Source of the DNA: Pseudomonadota bacterium
Lineage (GTDB): Bacteria > Myxococcota_A > UBA9042
Length of the DNA stretch: 64,000 bases
Assembly (NCBI GenBank): GCA_041163625.1
Contig: JBEARB010000067.1
Coordinates: 426-64,425 of the forward strand
Direction of reading: 5' to 3'
Within the stretch, counting starts at the first letter, position 1. Every line of letters starts with the position of its first letter. The notes beneath the pieces were generated by a model. It saw only the letters and a list, made by a program, of their open reading frames with translations, ran no database searches and had not been told where the DNA came from. A program made the position numbers and the translations under genes. This document shows, in pieces, positions 1-10,104 of this stretch.

Positions 1-2
1 AA

Positions 3-2750
3 TCCGCCGGTGGGGTCGACAGCGCGTCTGCCGCCGATGCGGTCGCCGCCGACGTCGACGCCCTCTCCGATGTCGGTGCGACCGACGCCCTCACCGACGT
101 CGCCGCGACCGACGCCGACGCCACGGTCGACGCCGTGGCCGACACGAGCAACGACGCGGCCGACGCCGCGACCACCGACGCCGACGCCGACACGGTCGCG
201 GACGCCGCCGCCGACGCGGACGCAGCTGCCGACGCGGTCGCTGACGCGGGGACCGACGCCGACGTCGAGGCCGATGCCGATGTGGTCGCAGACGCCGACA
301 CCGCCGATGCGACCGACGCCAACGACACCACCGACACCACCGACGCAGGCCCGCCCGATATCGGCCCGCCGGACATCAGCCCGCCCGACATCTGCGGCTG
401 CGCGGTCGACTCCGACTGCAGTGGCGCGCCGCCGGGGGGCTGTTTCGTCTCGCTCTGCGTCAGCTGCCAATGCCAGCTCGTGCCGCTCAAGGACGGCGCG
501 AAATGCGACGACGGCAAGGCCTGCACCACCGAGGACGTCTGCCTCGGCGGCACCTGCCAGGGCGAGACGGGCAGCTGCTTGCCGCCGCTGCCGGCGGGCC
601 TCGGCAATTCGCCCTGCAAGGTCGACGGGCTGCCGCCCAAGCCGAGCAAGCTCGCGCTCGCGCCCGCCTTCCCGAACCTCGCGTTCACCATGCCGGTCGA
701 GCTGACCACGCCGGGCGACGGCACCGACCGCGTCGCCGTCGTCGAACGCGCCGGCCGCCTGCGCGTCTTCGACAACGACGACAAGGTCTCCAGCGCCGCC
801 GAGTGGCTCGACCTGACCAGCCAGATCGACGCCGGCGGCGAGGGCGGCCTGCTCTCGGTCGCGTTCCACCCGAAGTTCGCGAGCAAGCGTCAGTTCTTCG
901 CCAACTACACGCGCAAGGGCGATTTCCACACCGTCGTCGCGCGCTTCGAACTGCCCGCGCAGGGCGGCGCCGCCCCGCTCGCCTCGCAGGTCGTGCTGCT
1001 CGACATCGCGCAGCCCTACAAGAACCACAACGGCGGCCAGCTCGCCTTCGACGCCGCCGGCATGCTGCTCGTCGGCATGGGCGACGGCGGCAGCGCCGGC
1101 GACCCGCTCGACGCCGGCCAGAACGGGCAGAGCCTGCTCGGCGCGATGCTGCGCATCGACGTCGACACCAGCGCCGGCGGCAAGGCCTACGGCATCCCGG
1201 CGGACAACCCCAGCAAGGGCTGGCTGCCCGAGATCTTCGCCATCGGCCTGCGCAACCCGTGGCGCTTCTCCGTCGACGCGAAGACCGGCGCCATCTGGGT
1301 CGCCGACGTCGGCCAGAACGCGTGGGAGGAGATCGACATCGTCCAGGCCGGCGGCAACTACGGCTGGCGCGTGATGGAGGGCAACCACTGCTACAAGCCG
1401 AGCAACTGCGATCCGAAGCCCTACGATCCGCCGGTCTTCGAATACGACCATGCGGCCGGCAAGTCCGTCACCGGTGGCCACGTCTATCGTGGCAGCAAGC
1501 AACCGTCGCTGGCCGGCCACTACGTCTTCGCCGACTACGCGACCGGCCGCTTCTGGACCCTCGCCCCCAACGCCAGCGGCGGCTACGACGCGACCGATCT
1601 CGGGGTGCTGCCGGTCAAGCCGGTCGATATCGGCCAGGACGAGCAGGGCGAACTCTACGCCGTACAGCTCTTCGGCAACACGATTCAACGCTTGGTGGTC
1701 GACACCAGCGGCCAGCCCGCCCCGCCGCCCGCCACGCTCTCGGCCACCGGTTGTTTCACCGACCTCGCCAAGCTGACCCCTGCCGCCGGCGTGCTGCGGT
1801 ACGAGGTCAACGCGCCGCTGTGGAGCGACGGCGCCGACAAGGCCCGCTTCTTGGTGCTGCCGAAGGGGCAGGGCGCCGCCCCCGTGGCGCCGGCGACGAT
1901 GCCGTCGGACGACTACGCCACCTTCGACGTCCCGGTCGGCACGCTGGTGCTCAAGCATTTCGGCCTCGGCCCCGGCAACGTCGGCAGCAACGCCAACGTG
2001 CCGGTCGAGACGCGCGTCATGCGCCGCGACCCGAACGGCTGGGTCTTTCTGACCTACCGCTGGCGCGCCGACGGCAGCGACGCCGACCTCGCGCTCGGCG
2101 GCGGCAGCTACGCCGTCACCTTGCCCGGCGGCGCCACGCAGACCTGGACCCAGCCCGCCGGCACCGACTGCGGAATCTGCCACCAAGGCCCCGGCGGGCC
2201 CGGATTGCTCGGGCTCTCGGCGGTGCAGCTCAACCGCAACGGCTTGTTCCCGCCCTCGCCGACGGCGCCCCCCTCGGTCTTCGCGAACCAGCTCGACACC
2301 TGGCAAGCCGGCGGCGCGCTGCAGGGCGTCGGTGCCGGCGGGGCGGCGACCCACGCGAGCTTCCCGGCGCAGGCGCTGCTGCCCAAGACCACCGATCCGC
2401 TCTCGCTGCAGGTGCACGCGCGGACGTGGATGCACGTGCAATGCGGCTCCTGCCATCGGCCGGGCGGCTCCTCGCAGGCCGACATCGACCTGCGCGCCAC
2501 CGCCAACCTCACGCAGCTCGCCGGCGGCAAGCCCAACGTCTGCGGCGCGCAGCCGGGCTTCGGGGACATGGGGATCGCGGGCGGTACCCTGATCGCACCC
2601 GGCAAGCCGGCCCAATCGGTGCTGCTCGCCCGCCTGCTCGCCGATCCGGGCAGCAGCGTCTTCATGCCGCCGCTCGGGGTCTCGGTGCCGCAACAAGCTG
2701 CGCTCGATCTGCTGCAAGCGTGGATCGGCCAGCTCGGCAGCTGCCCGTGA
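3..2750 (+). CDS. Exported multidomain dehydrogenase, 5' partial at the window edge. N-terminal acidic D/A/T low-complexity linker, then Cys-rich repeats, then a PQQ-dependent glucose/sorbosone dehydrogenase-like beta-propeller, then a C-terminal cytochrome c-like (PSCyt1-type) region with two CXXCH motifs.
   Basis: The frame is open from position 3, and the first in-window start codon is GTG at 135. The propeller carries GSDH-family motifs ([32 protein letters not shown]). The C-terminus has CGICH and CGSCH followed by a [10 protein letters not shown]...MPP...WIGQ pattern shared with two small lipoproteins in the window. The N-terminus has a [18 protein letters not shown] Myxococcus-type cysteine-rich repeat. 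GC at third codon positions is strongly high. Confidence 0.75.
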   Translation, partial: SAGGVDSASAADAVAADVDALSDVGATDALTDVAATDADATVDAVADTSNDAADAATTDADADTVADAAADADAAADAVADAGTDADVEADADVVADADTADATDANDTTDTTDAGPPDIGPPDISPPDICGCAVDSDCSGAPPGGCFVSLCVSCQCQLVPLKDGAKCDDGKACTTEDVCLGGTCQGETGSCLPPLPAGLGNSPCKVDGLPPKPSKLALAPAFPNLAFTMPVELTTPGDGTDRVAVVERAGRLRVFDNDDKVSSAAEWLDLTSQIDAGGEGGLLSVAFHPKFASKRQFFANYTRKGDFHTVVARFELPAQGGAAPLASQVVLLDIAQPYKNHNGGQLAFDAAGMLLVGMGDGGSAGDPLDAGQNGQSLLGAMLRIDVDTSAGGKAYGIPADNPSKGWLPEIFAIGLRNPWRFSVDAKTGAIWVADVGQNAWEEIDIVQAGGNYGWRVMEGNHCYKPSNCDPKPYDPPVFEYDHAAGKSVTGGHVYRGSKQPSLAGHYVFADYATGRFWTLAPNASGGYDATDLGVLPVKPVDIGQDEQGELYAVQLFGNTIQRLVVDTSGQPAPPPATLSATGCFTDLAKLTPAAGVLRYEVNAPLWSDGADKARFLVLPKGQGAAPVAPATMPSDDYATFDVPVGTLVLKHFGLGPGNVGSNANVPVETRVMRRDPNGWVFLTYRWRADGSDADLALGGGSYAVTLPGGATQTWTQPAGTDCGICHQGPGGPGLLGLSAVQLNRNGLFPPSPTAPPSVFANQLDTWQAGGALQGVGAGGAATHASFPAQALLPKTTDPLSLQVHARTWMHVQCGSCHRPGGSSQADIDLRATANLTQLAGGKPNVCGAQPGFGDMGIAGGTLIAPGKPAQSVLLARLLADPGSSVFMPPLGVSVPQQAALDLLQAWIGQLGSCP

Positions 2751-4525
2751 GCGACGCCAGCCACGACGCAGCGTCGGGCCTCCCACCCGGGCGCGCCGGG
2801 GTCGTCGCGGCGGTCGCGCTCCTCGGCGGCGTGCTCGCGGGGCTACGTCCGGTCGCCGGCCTCGATATCTGGTGGCATCTCCGCACCGGTGAGCGGCTCT
2901 GGCACCAAGCGGGCTGGCTCTCCGTCGAGCGCCTCTCCGACGGCGCTGCCGGCCGTCCCTGGCCCTACAAGGACATCGCGTCCGACGTCCTGCTCTACCT
3001 CGCCTACGCTGCCGGCGGCGACGCCGTGCTGTCGTGGCTGCCGGCGCTGGTGGCTGCGCTGCTCGCGGCGTCGTTGTGGGTCGGCACTCCCCGTCGCGCC
3101 GGCGGCACGGCGGTCTGGGCCGCGCTGGCCATCGCGGCGCTCGCCTCGATGCTCCACCGCCTGCACGCGCGGCCGATGCTCTTCTCACTGCTCGCGTTCG
3201 CCGCGCTGCTGCCGCTGTGCGAGCGTGGCCGCCGCGACGCGCGTTGGCAGGCGCAGGTCCCCGTCCTGCTGCTGCTGCTGGTCTGGGGCTGGCTGCATCG
3301 CGGCGTTCTTCTCGGCGTCGGCGTCGCCGCCGCGAGCGCCGCCGCCGTGACGGCATCGACCCCACTGCCGGGCCGGCTGCTCCGGGGCGTCGTGGTCTTG
3401 GTCCTCGGCGGGCTCGCTGCCGTCGCCAACCCCAACGGCCTCGCCACCCTCGCGACCGCGACCGCGTTGGTCGGCGGCGAGGCGTTCCGCGCGCACGTCT
3501 CGGAGTGGCAGGCGATGCCGCTCGACGTCTGGCTGCGGCACCACGGGACGCTGCTGGTGCCGGTCGTGGTCGCGTCGGCGGCCGTGGTCGCGGGCGTGCG
3601 GCGCGGGGGCTGGCAGGCCCTGGGCGATCCCTTCGCGCTCGTCCTCGCCCTCGGCACCCTCGCGCTCGCCGCCTCGAGCGCGCGCTACCTCCCCTACGCC
3701 GCGCTGGCCTCGGCGCGGGTCGCTCTGCTGCTGCTGCCGGCGACGCTGCCGGCCCGGATCTCCGGCGCCTTCGCGGCGCTGACCCTGGCGCTGCTCGGAT
3801 TCCTGGCGTGGGAGCGGCCCGCCTCGCCGCTCCGGCCCGATGGGGGCTTCGTCGGCCTCCAGGTCGACCGCTACCCCGGCGATGCGCTGGCCTACGCGCG
3901 CCGGGAAGCGCTCCCGGCCGAGGTCGAGAACGCCTACGATTTCGGCGGCTACCTGCTCTGGTTCGCGGACGGGTGGCTGCGGCCGAGCGTCGATGGCCGC
4001 GCCGATATGGTCTATGCCCCCGACGCCTTCGACCTCGCCCTGCGCGCCGAGCACGATCCGGAGGCCTTCGCGCGGCAGCAGGCGTTGCACGATCGCAGCT
4101 GGGTCCTCGCGCGGCAGGAGCCGGGCGGCCGCACGCACGGCTTCCTCGCGCGCGACCCTGGCTGGGCGCTGGTGTTCTGGAGCGAGCCGGCGGCGATCTT
4201 CGTCCGCTGCGACCGCCACGCCGCCCTCTGCGAACGCGACGGTCTGCGGCTGTTCCGCGGCGTGGCCCTCGACGCGCAGGCCTTCGCCCACGGCCGAGAC
4301 CCGAGCCGCCGCGAGCCCGCCCGCGCCGAGCTCGAACGAATGCGCGCGATGGCGCCGGGCAGCGTCCGCGTCCGCGTCGCCGAGGTCGTCCTGCACCACG
4401 CGGCCGGCGAACGAGCGCGGCGCGACGCGCTGCTCGAGGTGCTGGTGCGCGAGCACGGCGAGTCGATGGCCGTGCGGGCGCTGCTCGAGCGCCTCAGTCG
4501 GGCGGCGTCGGCGCCGGCGGAGTAG
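2747..4525 (+). CDS. Polytopic integral membrane protein, possibly a GT-C-type glycosyltransferase, with a C-terminal soluble domain.
   Basis: GTG 2747 overlaps the upstream TGA (GTGA). There are many hydrophobic helices (AAVALLGGVLAGL, LLLLLVWGWLH, VLVLGGLAAV) and codon usage is coding-like. I recognise no specific family. Confidence 0.5.
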   Translation: MSDASHDAASGLPPGRAGVVAAVALLGGVLAGLRPVAGLDIWWHLRTGERLWHQAGWLSVERLSDGAAGRPWPYKDIASDVLLYLAYAAGGDAVLSWLPALVAALLAASLWVGTPRRAGGTAVWAALAIAALASMLHRLHARPMLFSLLAFAALLPLCERGRRDARWQAQVPVLLLLLVWGWLHRGVLLGVGVAAASAAAVTASTPLPGRLLRGVVVLVLGGLAAVANPNGLATLATATALVGGEAFRAHVSEWQAMPLDVWLRHHGTLLVPVVVASAAVVAGVRRGGWQALGDPFALVLALGTLALAASSARYLPYAALASARVALLLLPATLPARISGAFAALTLALLGFLAWERPASPLRPDGGFVGLQVDRYPGDALAYARREALPAEVENAYDFGGYLLWFADGWLRPSVDGRADMVYAPDAFDLALRAEHDPEAFARQQALHDRSWVLARQEPGGRTHGFLARDPGWALVFWSEPAAIFVRCDRHAALCERDGLRLFRGVALDAQAFAHGRDPSRREPARAELERMRAMAPGSVRVRVAEVVLHHAAGERARRDALLEVLVREHGESMAVRALLERLSRAASAPAE

Positions 4526-6083
4526 GGGACGCGTGCGCTCTCGCCCGCTCGGGGCGGAGCCATGCCCAGAGCGCGGGCCCGAAGAGCGCGGCGGTGACGA
4601 CGAGCACGCCCGGGGCGGCGAACGCGCCGGGTCCGAGGGCCAGCCACGCGCCGTTGACGACGATCGGCGCGGCCACGATCAGCCACAGGCTCGCGCGGCT
4701 CGCCGGCGTCGCTGCGCCCGTCTGCCCGCTTGCGGCGGCCCAGGCGACCAAGCCCGGGATCGCGTACCAGGGGTGGAAGATGCCGCTCGCCAGCGCCGTC
4801 AGGCCGAGCCAGATCTGCACGGTCGCGGTGGCGGTCGCCGCGTCGTCGTCGTCGTCGTCGGTGTCGTTTGGTGCCGCCGTCAGCGCACGATCGAGCGCCC
4901 GCAGCGCGGCCACCGACGCGAGCCCGAACAGGCCGAGCAGCAGCGGCCGGGCGATCCGCAGGTCACCGGCCATGCCCAGCGCTTGCGCCGCGCGGCGTAC
5001 CACGTCGAGCGGCGTGCGCACGCTGGTATCGCCGACGTCCATCAGGCCGCCGAACGGATGCGGATCGGTCCACAGCGCGAGATACCCGATGGCGACGAGC
5101 CCGCCACCGATCGCGACCGCGCCTGCCGCTGCCGCCACCCCTCGTCGCCGCCAGAGCCGCCCGATCGCCGGTGCGCCGAGCGCCAGCAGCGGGAGCTTGA
5201 GCGCGCCCAGGACTGCCCAGGCTACGCCGGTGCGCACGGCCCCGCCGCGCCGCCCGGGCGAGAGCAGGGCCAGCAGCGCCAACGCCGCGAACGCCTCGAG
5301 GTGGCCCTCGCCGGCGGCCCCGACCACGCCGACCGGCAGCCACGCGAGCATCGCACCGACGCCGGTGCCGAATCGCCGCAGCGCCCAGACCGTCGCGAGC
5401 AGCCACGCCAGCGCCGCCGCCGCGCGCAACAACCAGACGTTGGCTTCGGGCGGCAGGGCCTCGACGTAGGCGGCGCGGAACAGGCCGAGCGCCAGAGGGC
5501 CGTAGGCCGCCCGGACTTCCAGCCACGCCTGGTAGGGCACGAAGGGGTCGACCAGGCAGCGTGAGGGCGGAGGGCAATGCGCGTCGGCACGGCACGGCCG
5601 GCCGGGCGTGACCGGCCGATGCGGCAACGCGGGCAGCGCGCAGGTACGCGCAAACGCCCGCCCCGGCAGGCGGTAGGGGTTTTCTCCGTGGACGGCCTGG
5701 ATCTTGCCGTAGTAGGCGAAGAGGAACGCGTCGCTGGACCAGCGCGGCGGCGCCGCCAGCTGCACCAGGGTCGCCGCGACCAGTCCGACCAGGACGATGC
5801 CGCCGCCGTGGCGGCCGAGCGCGTCCCGATCCCGATACGCCCGCGCCGCGGCCCACGTCGGCAGGCCCATCGCCAGCGCGAAGCACACGAGCGCGAGAGG
5901 CTCGCGCAGACCATCGGCGTCGGCGCCTTGTAGCGTCGCGAGCAGGCCCTCGCGCAGGGGCCAGTCCGCCAGCAGCGCCGGCAGCTCCGGCTGCATCCAT
6001 ACGCCGGTCAGCAGCCCGAAGACCGCGCCGACCGCGACGCCGAGCGCGCCGCGTCGGAGGCGTCGCTCGGCGGCCTCAGCCAA
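4494..6083 (-). CDS. Polytopic membrane protein, GT-C/DUF2029-like putative glycosyl/mannosyltransferase.
   Basis: A 529-aa ORF with at least 10 predicted TM segments and an internal D-rich loop (NDTDDDDDD). It is convergent with the previous gene and overlaps it by 32 bp. Confidence 0.55.
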   Translation of the reverse strand: MAEAAERRLRRGALGVAVGAVFGLLTGVWMQPELPALLADWPLREGLLATLQGADADGLREPLALVCFALAMGLPTWAAARAYRDRDALGRHGGGIVLVGLVAATLVQLAAPPRWSSDAFLFAYYGKIQAVHGENPYRLPGRAFARTCALPALPHRPVTPGRPCRADAHCPPPSRCLVDPFVPYQAWLEVRAAYGPLALGLFRAAYVEALPPEANVWLLRAAAALAWLLATVWALRRFGTGVGAMLAWLPVGVVGAAGEGHLEAFAALALLALLSPGRRGGAVRTGVAWAVLGALKLPLLALGAPAIGRLWRRRGVAAAAGAVAIGGGLVAIGYLALWTDPHPFGGLMDVGDTSVRTPLDVVRRAAQALGMAGDLRIARPLLLGLFGLASVAALRALDRALTAAPNDTDDDDDDAATATATVQIWLGLTALASGIFHPWYAIPGLVAWAAASGQTGAATPASRASLWLIVAAPIVVNGAWLALGPGAFAAPGVLVVTAALFGPALWAWLRPERARAHASPTPPAPTPPD

Positions 6084-6600
6084 TCGTCTCGACCCGGCCC
6101 TGTTGGTGGGCCTGCATGTACTGCACGTAGGCCCGCCAGCCCTCGTCGATCATTCGACGTAGCCGGTCGTCCAGCGGGCGCTTTTCCTGCACGGGGTTGC
6201 CGGCCCACAGCCCCGGGCCGAGCCGCTTGCGACCGGGCACCAGGCTGGCCGCCGCGACCATCGTCCAGGCCGGGATCTCGGCGTTGTCGAGCAGCGTACT
6301 GCCCATGCCGATCAGGCAATCGTCGCCGATCTGGCAGCCGTGCAGGATGACGCCGTGGCCGACGGTGACGCGTTCACCCACCACCAGCTCCGAGAAACCG
6401 CCGGTGGTATGGCAGACGCTGCCGTCCTGGATATTGCTCTGCGCGCCGATGCGGATCGGGCCGCAATCACCGCGCAGCACCGCGCCGGGCCAGATGCTGA
6501 CCTCGGGGCCGAGCTCGACGTCGCCGATGACGGTCGCCATCGGATGGACCCAGGCGGTCGGGTGGATCCGCGGGCGCTTGCCTTCGTAGCTCTGAATCAT
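6076..6600 (-). CDS. Gamma-carbonic anhydrase family, hexapeptide-repeat (left-handed beta-helix) protein.
   Basis: The sequence MIQSYEGKRPRIHPTAWVHPMATVIGDVELG...HGVILHGCQIGDDCLIGMGSTLL is typical of YrdA/PaaY-like proteins. ATG 6600 is preferred over the upstream GTG 6615. Confidence 0.85.
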   Translation of the reverse strand: MIQSYEGKRPRIHPTAWVHPMATVIGDVELGPEVSIWPGAVLRGDCGPIRIGAQSNIQDGSVCHTTGGFSELVVGERVTVGHGVILHGCQIGDDCLIGMGSTLLDNAEIPAWTMVAAASLVPGRKRLGPGLWAGNPVQEKRPLDDRLRRMIDEGWRAYVQYMQAHQQGRVETIG

Positions 6601-6616
6601 CGCCCGTGCTCCCACA

Positions 6617-7954
6617 TCAGGGCGTGAACCCCTTGTACGCGAAGGTGAACCAATCCTTGGCCGGTGCCGTCAGCGCGGCCGCGGCGCTCGCGTCCCCGAG
6701 CAGCCAGAGGCGTGCGGCGGCCAGCGCGCGGTCCGCGACCTCGGCGTGCACCTCGTCGAGCGAAGGCTGCGCGTTCGCCGCGCACATATTGCCGAGCTGG
6801 GCCTTGAAGCTCGCCGGCAGCACCTTCTCCAAGGCGCAGATATCCGAGAAGATGTAGTGGTTGCTGCCCTTGATCAGCAAGAGCGCGCCGACGCCCGGCA
6901 GGTCGTCGTAGACCGGCTGCTGCTCGGTGCTCGAAGGCGTGAGCGTGTCGCCGGTAGCGCCCATGATCACCAGCGGCGGGAGCTTCTCGCTGCCGTCGAG
7001 GTGGTCGAGCATCTGCCAGCCGTAGCCGGCCGGGGCGAGGGGAACGCCGACCGCGCAGCGGTCGTCGTGCAGGTCCCAGGGCTGCGGGCCCATCTTCGCG
7101 ACCTCGTCGCAGACCGGCTGCGGCGGCTTCTCGCCCGAACAGTCGAGGTTGAACTGCGGCGGCACGCGAACCTTCAGGCCGGCGATGGCGAGCGTCGTGA
7201 AGCCGCCGAACGAGTGGCCCATCATCGCGTATTTGCTGGTGTCGACCAGGCCATCGAAGAATTTCGGATCGGCACCGGACGGCGCCTTCTCCAGGTGGTC
7301 GACGGTCGCGATGACATCGAGCGGCCGCCACAGCGGCATCACCGCGGTGAGCTTCTCGTCCATCGAGAAGATCGAGTTGCCGACGTGCTCGGGCGACGCG
7401 ACGACGAAGCCGTAGCGCGCGAGCCACTCCGTCAGGAAGACCGATTGCTCGCGGATGCCGCCGTTGCCGTGGCTGAAGATGACGAGCGGGAAGCCCTTGC
7501 TACCGGCCGGCGGCTCGGCCGGGTCGGTGTCGCGCACGGCGCCGAACGGCGAGGTGGCGATGCCGCTCGCGTACGTGGCCGCCTTGGCGCCCGGAGCGAC
7601 CTTGGCGGGGTACCAGACCTCGACGGGCAGCTTGCGGCCGGCCGCGCCGACGACCTCGATCGTGGTCACGCCGATGGCGTAGACCTTCTCGTCGCCCTCG
7701 CCGGTGTCCGCGCCAGCGTCCTCGCCGGCGTCGATGCCCGCGTCGGCACCGGCGTCGCTGCCACCGGTCGACCCGTCGGCGCCGCCGTCGAGCGTGCCGC
7801 TCGCGTCGTCGGTGTTGCCGCTGCTGCCGCCCTCACCGCCGTCGCTGCCGCAGCCGAGCGTCAGCAGCAAGAGCAACGCCAGCAAGGCGCGCAGGGGGAC
7901 GGTCCAGGAGCCGTCGGCGCGTCGCCCTGGCCCGGTCGTCGGGATGGTGTTCAT
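6617..7954 (-). CDS. Lipoprotein alpha/beta hydrolase, dienelactone-hydrolase/PAF-acetylhydrolase-like.
   Basis: It has a signal peptide with LTLGC and an acidic G/D/S linker. A GHSFGG nucleophile elbow is present, with FSHGNGG upstream. It lies immediately upstream of the gamma-CA-like gene. Confidence 0.8.
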   Translation of the reverse strand: MNTIPTTGPGRRADGSWTVPLRALLALLLLLTLGCGSDGGEGGSSGNTDDASGTLDGGADGSTGGSDAGADAGIDAGEDAGADTGEGDEKVYAIGVTTIEVVGAAGRKLPVEVWYPAKVAPGAKAATYASGIATSPFGAVRDTDPAEPPAGSKGFPLVIFSHGNGGIREQSVFLTEWLARYGFVVASPEHVGNSIFSMDEKLTAVMPLWRPLDVIATVDHLEKAPSGADPKFFDGLVDTSKYAMMGHSFGGFTTLAIAGLKVRVPPQFNLDCSGEKPPQPVCDEVAKMGPQPWDLHDDRCAVGVPLAPAGYGWQMLDHLDGSEKLPPLVIMGATGDTLTPSSTEQQPVYDDLPGVGALLLIKGSNHYIFSDICALEKVLPASFKAQLGNMCAANAQPSLDEVHAEVADRALAAARLWLLGDASAAAALTAPAKDWFTFAYKGFTP

Positions 7955-8051
7955 CGTCGTCCTCGAATGGTTCGCGTTCTCTCGCTGCCACGCCGCGGCC
8001 GAGGGGCTCCGCGCGGCGCGCCGGCAGAGTAGAAGTGCGTGCGGGCCGCGT

Positions 8052-9866
8052 CTAGCGCGGACCGGCCAACTCGACCAGCACCGCCTTCATCCGCGCGGCC
8101 GGATGATCCATCGCGGCGGAGCGATGCTGCAGCGCGGCGATCGGCCGGCCCGCGGTGCGGCACCCGTCGCGGATCATCTGCTCGAAGCGCCGCCGGTCCA
8201 CGCCCGCGTGGTTCACCGAGGCGAGCAGGGTGCCGCCCGGGGCGAGCAGCTCCAGCGCGGAGACGACCAGCTCGGCGTAGTCGCGGGCGGCCGAGAACCG
8301 GCGCTTGCGAACCCGCGCGTAGCTCGGCGGGTCGAGCACGACGATGTCGAAGCGGTCGCCGCGTCGCGCCAAGCGCGGCAGCCAATGGAAGACGTCGCCG
8401 CGGATGGTGTCGTGTCGCTCGGGATCGTCACGCCCGTTCAGCGCGAGGTTGCGCCGTCCACGCTCGAGCGCCCGCGCGCTCGCGTCGATCGAGACGGTGC
8501 GCCGCGCCCCGCCCACGGCCGCCGCCACCTGGAACGCGCAGGTATACGAGAACGTGTTGAGCACGCGCCGGTCGGCGGCGAACTCGCGCAGCCAGCGTCG
8601 ATTGTCGCGTTGGTCCAGGAACAGGCCGGTCTGCAGGCCGTCGGACAGGTCGACCCAATAGCGCACGCCGTCTTCCTCGACGATTCGCTCGCCGCCGGGC
8701 GCGGGTTCGGCGTCCGGCGCGACCCAGACCGGCGCCTTCGGCACCAGCCCGGCGGCGACCGCGTCGACCACGACGTTGGCCTGGCGCGGACGCAGCTTCA
8801 GCCACGCGCGCTGCAGGCCCAACTCGCGACACAGGCGTGCGGCATGGGCGCGATGCTGCTCGACGGCCGCCTTCAACGCCTCGGGCACCGCGGCGGCGGC
8901 GTCGGTGGTGGTCGCCGTCACGTCGGGCAGATCGCCGTAGACAGCGACCACGAGGTCGTCGCCGTAGCGCTCGAGGACCAGCTCGTGCTCGTCGTCGCGT
9001 AGCCGGATCGCGTCGCTGCGTCCGTGCGCGATGCCGTAGCGGCGCCGCAGCGCGCGGTCCATCCGCAGCGCGTCGCTCTCGGGCCGATCGTCGAGCCAAT
9101 GGGCGAACGCCGTGGGCGTGGGGGCCTGCACGGCGAGGCCCGGAGCGGTGATGGCGGCGCGATGCCAGATCCGGCGCCCTGCCTCGCCGCCGCGGCCGGC
9201 GCGCGGGTCCAGGGCGGGGCCGATCTCGTCGGTGTGGCCGACGCGCAGTCCGCGCCGACCGAGCAACTCGACCACGTCCATGCCGCCGGCGGCCGGCAGC
9301 CGCAGCTCGACCAGGGCACGGGGACCGAGCCCGCCGCGCGGCGGACGCGCCTCGACCAGCCGAGCTGCCACGCCCTCGGTGCGTAGGCCGGCGCACAACC
9401 CGGCCTCGGCGTCGCTGCCGGCGAGCGGCCAGCCCTGCACGCCGACCAGGTAGGTCGCGAGGACGTCGTCGCGGGCGAGCAGACGCGCCAGCTCCTCGGC
9501 GCGCGCCTCGTCCATCGCGACGAGCACCACGCCCGAGGCCAGCGCGTCGTCTTCGGCCCGGAGCTTGCCGCGACCGCCGACCCCGTCACCGACCACCCGC
9601 AGCGCCGCCACGCCGGCTGGGGCGAGGCCTGCCCGCGCCATCCGGGTGAGGACGTCGTTGCCGTCGGCGGGCTCGCTGCCGGGGCGAACGCGCCGCGGGG
9701 CCGCGACCTGGCTCGGCTTGTCCAGGGCGACGAAGGCGTCGGTGCGGTCCAGGCGCCAGCGGGTCGGGAGGTGCGGCCAGAGGGCGTCCACGCGCACGAT
9801 GGGGAGCTCCTTCGCGCCGTCGCGGCGCCGCTCCGTATGTTGATCACGCCATCGCGGCGTGTCCAC
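8052..9866 (-). CDS. Class I SAM-dependent rRNA (m5C) methyltransferase, RlmI/RlmK-like, with an N-terminal extension of about 300 aa resembling a degenerate RluA-type pseudouridine synthase.
   Basis: The C-terminal half (YWVDLSDGLQTGLFLDQRDNRRWL...TFSYTCAFQVAAA...FDIVVLDPPSY) matches RlmI/YccW methyltransferases. The N-terminal segments FVALDKP and ASGVVLVAMDEARAEELARLLARDDVLATYLVGVQG resemble RluA motifs, but the catalytic HRLD is not recognisable. Confidence 0.75.
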   Translation of the reverse strand: MDTPRWRDQHTERRRDGAKELPIVRVDALWPHLPTRWRLDRTDAFVALDKPSQVAAPRRVRPGSEPADGNDVLTRMARAGLAPAGVAALRVVGDGVGGRGKLRAEDDALASGVVLVAMDEARAEELARLLARDDVLATYLVGVQGWPLAGSDAEAGLCAGLRTEGVAARLVEARPPRGGLGPRALVELRLPAAGGMDVVELLGRRGLRVGHTDEIGPALDPRAGRGGEAGRRIWHRAAITAPGLAVQAPTPTAFAHWLDDRPESDALRMDRALRRRYGIAHGRSDAIRLRDDEHELVLERYGDDLVVAVYGDLPDVTATTTDAAAAVPEALKAAVEQHRAHAARLCRELGLQRAWLKLRPRQANVVVDAVAAGLVPKAPVWVAPDAEPAPGGERIVEEDGVRYWVDLSDGLQTGLFLDQRDNRRWLREFAADRRVLNTFSYTCAFQVAAAVGGARRTVSIDASARALERGRRNLALNGRDDPERHDTIRGDVFHWLPRLARRGDRFDIVVLDPPSYARVRKRRFSAARDYAELVVSALELLAPGGTLLASVNHAGVDRRRFEQMIRDGCRTAGRPIAALQHRSAAMDHPAARMKAVLVELAGPR

Positions 9867-9945
9867 CGTTCGGCGCGCAGGACTCGATTGACGCGGCCGC
9901 GAGGGTTGGCTACAACCCGCCGGCTCGCCCGACGTGGCGAGCGAC

Positions 9946-10022
9946 GCGCGGCTAGCTCAGTTGGATAGAGCGTTGGCCTCCGAAGCCAAAGGCCGCTGGT
10001 TCGAATCCAGCGTCGCGCGCCA
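9946..10022 (+). tRNA. tRNA-Arg (anticodon CCG).
   Basis: A manual cloverleaf fits. The acceptor stem GCGCGGC/GTCGCGC has one G-U pair. The D-arm is GCTC-AGTTGGATA-GAGC and the anticodon arm is TTGGC-CTCCGAA-GCCAA, giving anticodon CCG. The T-arm is GCTGG-TTCGAAT-CCAGC, followed by discriminator G and CCA. Confidence 0.9.
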
Positions 10023-10104
10023 CTCCCTCCCCCCCGTGCATCAAGACCTCGCTCGGCCAGCGCGTCGGGCCGGCGTCCGCTTGCGTTCGCGGAGGTAGCC
10101 GACC

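Noticed and set aside
470-2746. N-terminal 760 codons of the 1351-aa track ORF (470..4525) overlapping the dehydrogenase gene.
   Set aside because: The Arg/Pro/Ala-rich translation is typical of an out-of-frame reading of 74% GC DNA. The overlapped frame (3..2750) has clear GSDH homology. Only the part from GTG 2747 onward looks like a real membrane-protein gene.
3034-5564. Long ORFs 3034..5469 (+), 3840..5564 (+), 3185..4456 (-) and 4963..6000 (-).
   Set aside because: These are alternate-frame and antisense ORFs with R/P/G/A-dominated composition. They overlap better-supported membrane-protein CDSs. Such ORFs are expected by chance at this GC content.
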